This document shows, piece by piece, positions 1-9,069 of a stretch of DNA of 64,000 nucleotides. Below the pieces are notes generated by a model, which did no database searches, was not told where the DNA came from, and saw only the letters and a program-made list of their open reading frames with translations. The DNA comes from Polyangiaceae bacterium (lineage in GTDB: Bacteria > Myxococcota_A > Polyangia > Polyangiales > Polyangiaceae). The first letter of the stretch is position 1; every line of letters begins with the position of its first letter. The DNA lies in the NCBI GenBank assembly GCA_044376115.1, contig JBILLK010000008.1, forward strand, positions 321,560 to 385,559, read 5' to 3'. The translations under genes were made by a program, and so were the position numbers.

Positions 1-335
1 TCATCCGAGTGTTCGAGGAGCTGCAGCGCGGTCATCTGGTCATCCTGCGGCAACACGAGACCGTGCTCCTCCACCTCGGCAACGATCTTGGAGATCGCCG
101 CTCGTCCTTCCGCTACCGAAAGACGCTCGAGCAAGCGCTCGAGCAGGACCTCTTTCTCATCGCGGGGCTCCTTCGAGCCGACAACGATGCGTGCAGGCCC
201 CCGAACCCTTCGATCTTGAGGGGCGGCCTCCTGCTGAGGTTGTTCGGGCTCGGACGGCCGACGAAGCCCAACCACGTCCGGGTTATGCCAGACCTTCGGC
301 GGCTCTCGCCGGATTCTTCGGGGGGGTTTTGCCAT
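1..335 (-). CDS. hypothetical protein, partial (runs off left edge)
   Basis: Read manually: ATG at 335 opens a stop-free frame MAKPPRRIRREPPKVW...LLERLSVAEGRAAISKIV...LQLLEHSD to the window edge; co-oriented with the upstream gene. Confidence 0.6.
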   Translation of the reverse strand, partial: MAKPPRRIRREPPKVWHNPDVVGLRRPSEPEQPQQEAAPQDRRVRGPARIVVGSKEPRDEKEVLLERLLERLSVAEGRAAISKIVAEVEEHGLVLPQDDQMTALQLLEHSD

Positions 336-361
336 AACAATCGCTGAGCGGCAGATGGTGG

Positions 362-1390
362 TTAGAAGCGCCCCCCGAGAGAGACAAAGCCAGGGGCGAC
401 AGCCACTTGCAGGTCAGTCACGCCAGTCTTTTCACTGGCGGAGACCTCTTCACTTGGTGCGACCGCGAATAGCACGATCCCCGCGGCGCCGACCACTGCG
501 CTTGCGATCGTCAGCCCCGTGGAGATGGTTGCGAACGAAACAGCGTCGGCTCGCAGGTCAACGCCTTCCTGCTTCGTACACTGGTTGGTGTCGGCGTTGC
601 AGCCGCCTTCAGGCTCGTTGCTCTGGCTGTAGAGCCCGTTCGCGTGCATTCCGATGCCAATACCGGCGCCAACTCCGACCACACCGACGATACCGGCGGT
701 GAGCCCAACGATGCGCAAAGGCGACATGAAGTTGCTCTCGGTCGCTTGCTTGCCCGCCCCGGGATTGCCCGGGTCAACCGGCTTCTGCGGCTCCGGGTCA
801 GTCCCCGCCGGTTGCTCGGCCCCCAACTCCACCTGGAGCTTCGCCTTGTCGCCATCATTGATCGTGAGCTTCTTTTCCCAGGTCGCACGGTTGGTCGCCG
901 AGACGCTGATCACGTGCTCGCCCTTGTCGATCGACAGAGCCAGACCAACCTCCTCGTCGCTGATCACTACGCCGTCACGCTTCAAGACGAAGCCCGGCGC
1001 CGCCTTCACCTCTGCGGGAACCTCAACCGAGAGGGTGGCCAAGCGCGGCTTGAGCGCTGCGGCTTTCTCAGCAGCCGCGCTTGCACGCGTGGTGTCCCCC
1101 TGCGCGCGAGCGGCTCCCTCGGCGGTAATGAAGGCGCCGTACGCACTCGCGAGCCGACCTGCAGCTTCATAACAGGCCGCCAGATCCACTTTCGCGCCAA
1201 TGCCGGTTGGAACCTTGGCCACGACCCGCTCTAGCTTTGGGCAGGCGTCAGTAAACTTCCCGTTTTGATAGTCCTTCATCGCTTCGTCGTAGAGCGTTTG
1301 CGCGACAGCCGTGTCGCGTGCGTCCTGAGCGAAGAGCGTGGCCGGGGAGCCTAGAGCAGCGGACAAAACCAGGGCTGAAAGGAGTCGCAT
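362..1390 (-). CDS. secreted TPR + PEGA-like domain protein with C-terminal hydrophobic segments
   Basis: Signal peptide MRLLSALVLSAALG; TPR-like helices (LYDEAMKDYQNGKFTDACPKLE, LAACYEAAGRLASAY); PEGA-like beta region (DKGEHVISVSA); C-terminus ...VSLGGRF. Confidence 0.75.
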   Translation of the reverse strand: MRLLSALVLSAALGSPATLFAQDARDTAVAQTLYDEAMKDYQNGKFTDACPKLERVVAKVPTGIGAKVDLAACYEAAGRLASAYGAFITAEGAARAQGDTTRASAAAEKAAALKPRLATLSVEVPAEVKAAPGFVLKRDGVVISDEEVGLALSIDKGEHVISVSATNRATWEKKLTINDGDKAKLQVELGAEQPAGTDPEPQKPVDPGNPGAGKQATESNFMSPLRIVGLTAGIVGVVGVGAGIGIGMHANGLYSQSNEPEGGCNADTNQCTKQEGVDLRADAVSFATISTGLTIASAVVGAAGIVLFAVAPSEEVSASEKTGVTDLQVAVAPGFVSLGGRF

Positions 1391-1479
1391 CGCGGGGGAG
1401 TCTAGCGAAGTTTTCGTCGAAGTAGACACTTCATCGCCCAGACTTCCCGTCTCACGAATTGTCGGGTAGAGGTCCGTGC

Positions 1480-2253
1480 ATGTCGGTCCCGCGACGGCTC
1501 TCGACGCGCGTGCTGGCGCAAACCCCGTGGCTGAGCCTGCTGGCTCATGACGTGGAGGATCGGCCCGGCTCCTCCCGCGAGGTCAACACGCTGAAGTTTC
1601 CCGATTGGGTGGTGGCCACAGCCCGAACTACCGAAGGGCGCTGGGTCTTGGTGCGGCAGTTTCGTCACGGGATCGAGGGCATGACGATTGAGCCGGCCGG
1701 CGGCATCATCGACGACGGGGAGGCGCCGCAAGAGGCCGCCGTCCGGGAGCTGATGGAGGAGACCGGCTACGGGGGAGGCCGCATCACGCCGCTCGGAGCT
1801 GCACATCCCAACGCCGCACTCTCGGCGAATCGCGTGCACTACTTCTTCATCGATGAGGTTCAGAAGCTCGCAGAGCCCGAGCAAGCGCCCGATGAGCTTA
1901 CCGAGGTGCTCCTATTAAGCGATGAAGAAGTGGAGCTTGGGCTCGATAGCGGCACGTTCTCCCATGCGTTGGGAATGCTTGCGTTGATGCGAGCTCGAGG
2001 TGTCGTGTCGCGCAGAGGCCACCTCGCGACCTTGCTCAAGCTGGAGGAGCATCAGCTGGGCCGCGTGCGGGCTCTCGCGCAGCGCTTGCGGCCGGACCTA
2101 ACGGCCGAAGACCTGCAAAGCCCGCACGATTTTCCAGAATTGGACGATCCGGACTGGCATTTTGAAGACGGCCAACTCGCCGGAATCAAGGCGGCGAGGA
2201 TCGCACTGGCCCGTTCGCTCGACGTGTTCGATGGTTCGCCGAGTGCTCACTAA
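1480..2253 (+). CDS. NUDIX hydrolase (ADP-ribose pyrophosphatase-like) with extra C-terminal domain
   Basis: Nudix box GIIDDGEAPQEAAVRELMEETGY; LVRQFRHG motif; about 75 aa additional tail. Confidence 0.85.
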   Translation: MSVPRRLSTRVLAQTPWLSLLAHDVEDRPGSSREVNTLKFPDWVVATARTTEGRWVLVRQFRHGIEGMTIEPAGGIIDDGEAPQEAAVRELMEETGYGGGRITPLGAAHPNAALSANRVHYFFIDEVQKLAEPEQAPDELTEVLLLSDEEVELGLDSGTFSHALGMLALMRARGVVSRRGHLATLLKLEEHQLGRVRALAQRLRPDLTAEDLQSPHDFPELDDPDWHFEDGQLAGIKAARIALARSLDVFDGSPSAH

Positions 2254-2878
2254 GCGAGACTGGGCTTCTTTGTTCCTCCTGCTGGCCGCCTGCGAGCAGA
2301 GCGCTCCAGTTCGCGCGCCCGCGAAGCCGCTCCCGAGCACCTCCGCCGAGAACGGCGACCGTTTAACTGAGTTCGGCGTCTTCCCTTCAAAGCGCTTTGG
2401 AGTCGACCTGCCGCTGCCGACAGAGCTCGAGCCCTGGAAGATCGATGATTCCAGGGGGCCGTGGTTGAGTGCCTCGCAGGGCACGCACTCCACCGTGTTG
2501 CTGCGCATGTGGCGCTCCGAGAACCGCATGAATCGCGACAAATGCGAAGCGCAAGCCCGCGAAATGCGCGCTCTCCCCAATCGGGAGGACAGCGAGCTGC
2601 TCGAGGTCTTCGCAGCAGAAGCTCCGCCGGGGTTCGACACCCAAGCGGAGGTGCGCCTCGCGACTTCCACCGATGGCCGGTTGTTCGGCTTTACGCTCGC
2701 ATTCGGCGGCCTTGGGCGGCGTTGTTTCGCCTACGTGTTCGTCACCAGCGACAAGAGCGTCGCGAAAGATCGCGTGGTGGGCGACCGGCTTGCCATAATG
2801 CTCGAGCGATCCTTTCGTAAGCTGCGCTTCGAAAGGGACACAGAGTTCGTCCCGAGCCGCGAGCCGGGCGTCGACTAA
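2231..2878 (+). CDS. hypothetical lipoprotein
   Basis: Lipobox LLLAAC; overlaps the Nudix stop codon. Confidence 0.65.
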   Translation: MVRRVLTKRDWASLFLLLAACEQSAPVRAPAKPLPSTSAENGDRLTEFGVFPSKRFGVDLPLPTELEPWKIDDSRGPWLSASQGTHSTVLLRMWRSENRMNRDKCEAQAREMRALPNREDSELLEVFAAEAPPGFDTQAEVRLATSTDGRLFGFTLAFGGLGRRCFAYVFVTSDKSVAKDRVVGDRLAIMLERSFRKLRFERDTEFVPSREPGVD

Positions 2879-2938
2879 GCCGCCTGAACCGACGGAGCCG
2901 AGTCGTCATTGCGCGCGCATGGCCAGGGAAGTAGACAG

Positions 2939-3904
2939 ATGCCGATGATCGGCTCTGACCGCCTCCGTGTCGCCAGCTTGTGCCTACTTGCATCCACCGC
3001 GCTCGCGTGCGGCTACACCAAGGAGGAGTATCAACTTCAAGGTGACAAGCTCACCCGTGCAGAAGCCAAGCTGCGCACCGCTGACCAACGGGCCGATGAG
3101 GCCTCGGCGGAGCTCGAGGTCGCGAAAGAGCAACTCACCGATCTCGAAAAGAAGATGCGTCTCCTCGGGATCGATGTTGAGGCGGAAACGCGGCCCGGAG
3201 AGCTGGCAGCGACGATCGCCGAGCGAGAGCGGGCCCTCGCTGAGCACCGCGCGCGACAAGCCAAGCTCGGGGAGATCCGCGCACGGCTGGCGCTCCTCCG
3301 CAGCCGCTTGGCGACACTGCGAGAACGTGGTGTTGCGGTCGTTGTACGCGACAACCACGTAGCCATCGAAGTCGCGGGGGACCTGCTTTTTGACGCCGCC
3401 AAGGACAAGCTGAAGGCCGACGGCAAAGACGTGCTCACCGAGATCGGCACCTTGCTGAAGAACGAGCCGAGTCTCGCCGGCAGGAGCTATCAGATCGCTG
3501 GCCACGTGGACGACACCGCGACGAAGTCACGCCAAGCAGCGATCGCTTTGAGCGCGAACCGCGCTGCCGCCGTGCTCGGCTTTCTCAGCGATCCGAAGGG
3601 CGCAGCCGTCGATCGCAAGCTGCTGAGCGCCGCCGGGTTTGGCGCTGAAGCGCCGCTCGACAACGCCAACGAGGAGGATGCTCGCAAGCGCAACCGCCGC
3701 CTCGAGATCGTCCTTGTGCCTGCCGCCGGGGAGCTGCTCGACCTGCGTGCACTCGCCGAAGCGCCCCCGAAGCCGGCGGGCCCGGCCAAGCCTGCTGCGG
3801 CCGAGAAACCTGCCGCGCCGGAGAAGCCTGCCGCACCTGCGAAGCCCGCGGAACCGGCGAAGCCTGCTGCGCCCGCGAAGCCCGCGGAACCGGCGAAGCC
3901 GTAG
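2939..3904 (+). CDS. OmpA/MotB-family peptidoglycan-binding lipoprotein with coiled coil and Pro/Ala/Lys tail
   Basis: Lipobox ALAC; coiled coil; LLFD...GHVDD...LSANRA...AAGFG...RNRRLEIVL. Confidence 0.85.
   Translation: MPMIGSDRLRVASLCLLASTALACGYTKEEYQLQGDKLTRAEAKLRTADQRADEASAELEVAKEQLTDLEKKMRLLGIDVEAETRPGELAATIAERERALAEHRARQAKLGEIRARLALLRSRLATLRERGVAVVVRDNHVAIEVAGDLLFDAAKDKLKADGKDVLTEIGTLLKNEPSLAGRSYQIAGHVDDTATKSRQAAIALSANRAAAVLGFLSDPKGAAVDRKLLSAAGFGAEAPLDNANEEDARKRNRRLEIVLVPAAGELLDLRALAEAPPKPAGPAKPAAAEKPAAPEKPAAPAKPAEPAKPAAPAKPAEPAKP
3768..3901 (+). repeat. coding tandem repeat, 18-bp period (PAAPAK/PAEPAK)
   Basis: GCGAAGCCCGCGGAACCGGCGAAGCC occurs twice 36 bp apart; hexapeptide repeats. 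Confidence 0.8.
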
Positions 3905-3928
3905 GCGAAGGGCAAGCCTAGTGGCAGC

Positions 3929-5632
3929 CTACGGTTGCCACTTCACAAGATACATATCGATGCCCTTGGCGCTCGTGGGGGCGTAGGTCATTCCAGTGCC
4001 AAAATCGATCGCTGCTCCGGACACCATCAATCCAGCGATGTCGCTTGAGTTCGGGTCCGTGGCTACAGCGAAGAAGGTCTGAAGCGGTCCTGGCCCGCCG
4101 ATCGCCTTGGCCCATCGAGTCTTTCCATCTGGCTGAATCGATGCGAGGATGCCATCGGAGTCGCCCGCACTCGAAACCACATGGCCATCTCCAAAATCGG
4201 CAGACCCAAACAGCATGCTGCCAAGCACGAGGTTATCGGCAGCATCAAACACCAGGCCGAACGGGGGACCTTCATCCAGTCCTTGTGCCAGTGAATCCCC
4301 GTACTGTTTGGTCCACGTCGTCGATCCGTTGTTTCCGAGCTTCCAGATGAGGATGTCGGAACCGCCGTCCGCTGCGGGGTCCGACGAAGCACCTACAGCC
4401 GGGTCTAAATGAGTGTCAGCGTTTAGGTTGGCAAGCACCGCTGGCGCTCCAGTTGAATCGGCGGTGAGACCACGGAAGGAAACGTTTCCGTTGGCGCAGG
4501 ACCTCCACAGCGGAGCGCCGTTCATTCCTAAGCGCGTGACCTGTAGATTGTTGAGATCACCGCTGAAGAACCCACACTGGTTGGCGCCTTCGAGATTGTG
4601 TTCGTAAAGCACGGCGAGATACAGCGCGTCGCCGTCCACCTTCGGCCAAACAAAAGGCGGAGAGAAACCGTAGTTGAAGCTGTACTCAAACACGTTGGCC
4701 CACTGAGCCACGCCCGTAGGTGACGCTCGTACGACGAATGCTCCGAAATCATCGGTTTGGGGGCCGACGGCAGTAAATGACCCGCCAAAGTTGATCGTCC
4801 GATCGGTCTCTCCAGTAACGAGAAAGTCACCGTTAGCAAAGGCGTAAGCTCTGCCCGTATCGTCACCAGGTCCGCCAAACGCCCTGACGTTGCTGATCGT
4901 TCCGTCGGTCGGATTGATACCAAAGACGGCGAAGTCTCGTTGACCGGCCGAGGTGAAGGAAGTGCCTCCGAGCACCGTAACGCCGGTAAAATTCGCCGAC
5001 CCTAGCAACCCTCCGTTTGGGAGACGGGAGATCCACAGCGTCTCTACGTCGTACTTGCGACTCCAGCGAAGAGTGCCGTTGGACTCAAACGTCGCCGCGA
5101 ACGAACTCGTGGTAGCCGAGGTCAACAGCGTTGCAGGGGTATCCCCCAGGTTCATGGCACCACGAAAACTGCCAGCAATGGTGATTGAGCCGTCACTGCC
5201 GACATCAACGAGATAGGCGAACGCCGATTCGGTTGCTGTAATCGGCTTCACCCATACAGAATCGGAGCAAGCCGTTCCGTCGCAATCCTCGTCTCCACGT
5301 GCATCGCAGTTCTCAGACTGCGGAAGGGTCTGCCCCTCACACGCCCCAAATTGCCCATCGACGCATGACTTGAGTCCCTGCTTGCAAGAACCCACACCAG
5401 CAAGGCTAGGGTCCGCGTCGAAGCACTCCTTCGTGTCTCCATCGCCACAAACGGACTGACCTCCGCCGCCGGTGGCAGCGCCAGCAGAGCCGCCCGCGCC
5501 GAGGCCGCCTCCTCCCCCGGTAGAGGTGGCGTCGGTTGGAACGAAGTTTCCTTCCTCAATGCCGAAGATCAATCCACAACCCGCAAGCGGGCCAAGACAA
5601 AGGAGCGTAGCCAGTAGGGAGGGTCGAGACAT
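3929..5632 (-). CDS. lipoprotein with Gly linker, Cys-rich module and beta-propeller (SBBP-like) repeats
   Basis: Lipobox LAGC; ENCDARGDEDCDG motif; repeated G..W.K.YG and D.l..k...G blades. Confidence 0.75.
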   Translation of the reverse strand: MSRPSLLATLLCLGPLAGCGLIFGIEEGNFVPTDATSTGGGGGLGAGGSAGAATGGGGQSVCGDGDTKECFDADPSLAGVGSCKQGLKSCVDGQFGACEGQTLPQSENCDARGDEDCDGTACSDSVWVKPITATESAFAYLVDVGSDGSITIAGSFRGAMNLGDTPATLLTSATTSSFAATFESNGTLRWSRKYDVETLWISRLPNGGLLGSANFTGVTVLGGTSFTSAGQRDFAVFGINPTDGTISNVRAFGGPGDDTGRAYAFANGDFLVTGETDRTINFGGSFTAVGPQTDDFGAFVVRASPTGVAQWANVFEYSFNYGFSPPFVWPKVDGDALYLAVLYEHNLEGANQCGFFSGDLNNLQVTRLGMNGAPLWRSCANGNVSFRGLTADSTGAPAVLANLNADTHLDPAVGASSDPAADGGSDILIWKLGNNGSTTWTKQYGDSLAQGLDEGPPFGLVFDAADNLVLGSMLFGSADFGDGHVVSSAGDSDGILASIQPDGKTRWAKAIGGPGPLQTFFAVATDPNSSDIAGLMVSGAAIDFGTGMTYAPTSAKGIDMYLVKWQP

Positions 5633-5671
5633 GAAAGACCTGCTTGCGATGAGGTGCTCGTTGAGCTGTGC

Positions 5672-7441
5672 TCAGTTGAACTGAATCGACGGGCTTGCGG
5701 TTCCCGTCGCACCAGCGTTTCCAGGTGTCCCGTCCGAACGCACGCCAGCCGCACCACCAAAGCCAGCGACGCCAGTAGTACACGAGTTCGAGCTGAACAC
5801 GTGGACGACAGAAGCGCGGCGACCGAGGCACGCGCTCGGGCCACCGCCACCGCCAGCACCAGGACCACCGCCGCCGCCGATCCCGCCGTCACCGCCAGCC
5901 CCGCCAGGCCCCCCTTGGTCGTTGCCACTGCTTGTGGGACCGCCGGCACCCTTGTTCTGACCTGCAGCTCCGTTACCGCCATCCCCGCCATTTCCGCCGG
6001 AAGCAGTGAAGATCTCGTTGTCGGTCACAGTGATGTTCGCCCCTGCAGCAAAGACGCCAAAACTACCGCCACCACCACCGCCACCGAGCCCAGGGGGGCC
6101 GCCGAGACCACCGCAACCCCCAGCCCCGCCACCGCCACCCGTGTCAGCGTTGCAAAAAATGAAGGCTTCCCCGCCGCCGCCACCACCACCACCACCACCG
6201 CCGCCACGACCGTTGGTACCCTGGACGCCGTTTCCACCGTTTGCCGGTACATAGCCGCTGGAGTTCGCCGTCCCAATGGCAAGACCTGCAGCACCACCTG
6301 CACCTGGCGTTCCGTTGGCACCAGCAGTCCCTGTTCCACCCGGGTTGCCGTCGGTGCTGGTGCTGCAGCTCTCATTGGCACCGCCGCCACCACCCATCGC
6401 GCCACCGCTTCCAACCAAGCCGGCCTGACCGTTGCCGCTGTTGTAGCCGCCATTTCCGCCCTTGCCGCCAGGCTCGGCACAGACCGGCGCCGGTGCGCCC
6501 GTGCCACAGTTTTGCCCCTCACAACCGGCGCCGCCCTGACCTCCGTTGGGCGCCGTCGCTGGAGAGGGCGGCGCCCCATCCATCCCATCCGCCCCATCGG
6601 CTCCAGCGGCCACGGTGATTGAGTTGTAACGCACGAAGACCTCACCGAGCCCGCCGGCAACGAATACACCGTAAGCGCTCTGTCCGGCGCCTGCGGGCGT
6701 GGAGACGTTGATGCTCAGCCCTTCGATATGCGCTTCATTGCTGACCGTCGGGATGGCGATCGCGGTGCCAGAGGCCTGAATGGTGGTTACGACACCGGGC
6801 TTGCGTCGGAATTTGAAGTCAGGGTCCTGATGGTCGAAGCCACCGTACAAGCTGAGGTTGTCCGGCAAGGTGATCGTCCCGACGTAAATCTCGCCCGAGA
6901 GGCAGACCGCGGGAACCGAGTTAGCGGTTGCAACTTCGATCGCCTTCGCGATCGACTGCACCGGCGAATTCCGCGTTCCAGCGCCGGCCGTGTCATCGCC
7001 CTGCGATACAGAAACGTAGACGCACGCCTCTGCAACGCCGTCGGTACCGTCACAGTTCTCGTCGGTGAAGTCCTCGTCGATCGCGTCCTCCGCGGAGACC
7101 ACGGTGCACGCGTACTCGCAACCGCACTCACCAGTAAGCGGGTTCTGATCGATGTCTTGCGTGTTCGGCAGACAGCCGGCCGCGCATGGGTCGGCTCCGC
7201 CCATACCGCCCTCCCCCGCCGTTCCACCGCTGCCACCGAGCCCGCCAACGCCGCCCGTTCCGGCCTCACCGCCGCCGCCACTGCTCGATGCGCCGGCCGT
7301 ACCGCTGCTCGAACTCGTTCCTCCTCCTCCGGTCGCGTCGCTTCCACCACCCGTGGGGTTGGGCGGGTCTCCTTCTGCACACGCAACGAAGGGCAACACC
7401 GCGAGAACGAGACCCAAAGAAGTTCGAAGATAGCTGGGCAT
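5672..7441 (-). CDS. Gly-rich (PGRS-like) surface lipoprotein with DUF1565-like beta-helix start
   Basis: Lipobox FVAC; DENCDGTDG; VYVSVSQGDD..AGTRNSPVQSIAKAI; long GGxGG tracts. Confidence 0.75.
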   Translation of the reverse strand: MPSYLRTSLGLVLAVLPFVACAEGDPPNPTGGGSDATGGGGTSSSSGTAGASSSGGGGEAGTGGVGGLGGSGGTAGEGGMGGADPCAAGCLPNTQDIDQNPLTGECGCEYACTVVSAEDAIDEDFTDENCDGTDGVAEACVYVSVSQGDDTAGAGTRNSPVQSIAKAIEVATANSVPAVCLSGEIYVGTITLPDNLSLYGGFDHQDPDFKFRRKPGVVTTIQASGTAIAIPTVSNEAHIEGLSINVSTPAGAGQSAYGVFVAGGLGEVFVRYNSITVAAGADGADGMDGAPPSPATAPNGGQGGAGCEGQNCGTGAPAPVCAEPGGKGGNGGYNSGNGQAGLVGSGGAMGGGGGANESCSTSTDGNPGGTGTAGANGTPGAGGAAGLAIGTANSSGYVPANGGNGVQGTNGRGGGGGGGGGGGGEAFIFCNADTGGGGGAGGCGGLGGPPGLGGGGGGGSFGVFAAGANITVTDNEIFTASGGNGGDGGNGAAGQNKGAGGPTSSGNDQGGPGGAGGDGGIGGGGGPGAGGGGGPSACLGRRASVVHVFSSNSCTTGVAGFGGAAGVRSDGTPGNAGATGTASPSIQFN

Positions 7442-7588
7442 GAAGGGATCATTTCAGCACCCCGGGCGATCTTCAACCCCGCGCGCAGAAAAATCGCGGG
7501 AAGTCCTCAAGAGGCGTCCTCAAAGGTGAGGCAACCGCCCAAGCGCGAAAATTTGGCCCAATCATGCAGGTTATGACACCCAGCAGGC

Positions 7589-8878
7589 ATGAGCCGCTCA
7601 GCGAATACCGCAGCGAGGAGCCCGCTTCGTGGGCCTTTGCCTCGTAACGTCCGCCGAGCAGAGTTCGCTCAGCGGGTGGGCCAACGTACGCGACCTGCAG
7701 CGCAATCCTTCCTAACAAACTCCCCAACCCCGCCCCCTGCAGTCGTCTTGCCTCGAGAACTCGCCGCAGCCGCGGCCTTCTCGGATGAAGTTGCCGAGAC
7801 GGCATGGCCGCCGTCCCCGCGGGTTCCGCGGCTCCTTCTCGTGGCCTTCGCCATGCTGGGCCTCTTGGTCGTGGCAGGGATTCGGCGCTTCACCTTGGAG
7901 GGCCCTGAGTTTTCGGCCTCCACCTCGCTATTCCAACTCGTCCCCTTCAGCCGCGGTAGCGAGCCTCACTTCTTCGACACCTTGCTGCTCGGAGAACGAG
8001 CCCATCCGGCGCTCGCCTCGGTCGACACCGACACGAGCGATCCCGAGCCAACCATCCGTCGTGAAGGCCACGTGAGCATTCCGGGCGGCATTTTGGTTTT
8101 CCCCTCGACGTTTCAGCCGACGAGCGACGGAACCTACGATCTCATCATCCACTTCCACGGCAACACCAAGGTGGTCAAAGAGAGCGTCGAGGTCGCGAAC
8201 ATCAACGCAGCCGTTGCGATCATCAACCTCGGCATCGGCTCCGCTCCCTACGAGGAGTACTACGGCGTCCCTGGGACCTACGAGGAGCTGCTCGATACCA
8301 TCGACTCTGGCATCCACCGGCGAGGCGTGCAGCACCCCAAGCTGCGACGCGTCGCCCTCTCCGCCTGGAGCGCGGGCTACGGCAGCGTAGCGACGATCAT
8401 GCAGCTTCGTCGGGGACGCGAGGACCTCGACGCCGTGCTGATGTTCGACGGCATCCACGCAGGCTGGGAGGGCGAAGGGGTTCTCAATCCAAGGCAAATG
8501 AAGCCGTTCGTCGACATCGCGAAGAAGGCCGCGCTCGGCGGTGAACTCTACTTCGGGATGACCCACAGCGCGATCGACCCGGTGACGTACGCAGGGACGG
8601 CTGTCACAGCGCAGTACCTGATCAAGGCGGTGGGTGCGGCGAGTGAAGTCCGCGATAGCCTCAAGGACGCGCCTCCCTACGTGAACCTCGAGAGCATGAA
8701 GGGCGCCGTCTCGAAACGGCTCGAGAAGACCATGGAGCCCACGCTGGAGGCCCACAAGCTCAACTTCCACGTGCTCGGCTATCGCGGTGAAACCAAGGAG
8801 CACCATATGGCGCACTTGTTTCAGATGAGCGCCACCCTGCTCCCCCAGCTGCGAGAGCGCTGGGCCAATCCGCGCTGA
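7589..8878 (+). CDS. membrane-anchored alpha/beta-hydrolase-fold hypothetical protein
   Basis: One TM helix; LIIHFHG; nucleophile-elbow-like SAWSAGYG; AVLMFDGIH. Confidence 0.65.
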   Translation: MSRSANTAARSPLRGPLPRNVRRAEFAQRVGQRTRPAAQSFLTNSPTPPPAVVLPRELAAAAAFSDEVAETAWPPSPRVPRLLLVAFAMLGLLVVAGIRRFTLEGPEFSASTSLFQLVPFSRGSEPHFFDTLLLGERAHPALASVDTDTSDPEPTIRREGHVSIPGGILVFPSTFQPTSDGTYDLIIHFHGNTKVVKESVEVANINAAVAIINLGIGSAPYEEYYGVPGTYEELLDTIDSGIHRRGVQHPKLRRVALSAWSAGYGSVATIMQLRRGREDLDAVLMFDGIHAGWEGEGVLNPRQMKPFVDIAKKAALGGELYFGMTHSAIDPVTYAGTAVTAQYLIKAVGAASEVRDSLKDAPPYVNLESMKGAVSKRLEKTMEPTLEAHKLNFHVLGYRGETKEHHMAHLFQMSATLLPQLRERWANPR

Positions 8879-8896
8879 GCTTCAGGCAGCGGGACA

Positions 8897-8992
8897 AATG
8901 ACTCGTGCCAAAGTCGAAGGACAACGGGGCCTTCGGCCGTTTTCAGAAGAGGGCACGAGTCATTCTGTCTGCTGCATCAACCTCCGGTTGAA
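8897..8992 (+). repeat. single diverged copy of the 96-bp palindromic repeat (REP/BIME-like)
   Basis: Aligns over its full length to the reverse complement of the 63750-64000 unit; inverted arms AATGACTCGTGCC...GGCACGAGTCATT. Confidence 0.85.
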
Positions 8993-9030
8993 ACAAGAAC
9001 TGGCGGGTCGATGGCCCGCCAGTCTTGTTT
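8991..9030. terminator. bidirectional intrinsic terminator between convergent genes
   Basis: AAACAAGAACTGGCGGGTC-GAT-GGCCCGCCAGTCTTGTTT hairpin with A-rich and T-rich ends. Confidence 0.75.
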
Positions 9031-9069
9031 TGTCTGCACTCGATTCGTCTGCGCTCGTGAGCGAGTCGG

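Noticed and set aside
5672..7441. Mycobacterial PE-PGRS or horizontal transfer
   Set aside because: No PE domain; Gly-rich lipoproteins are ordinary in myxobacteria
7551..7568. Sigma54 promoter TTGGCCCAATCATGCA
   Set aside because: GG-to-GC spacing is 9 rather than the required 10
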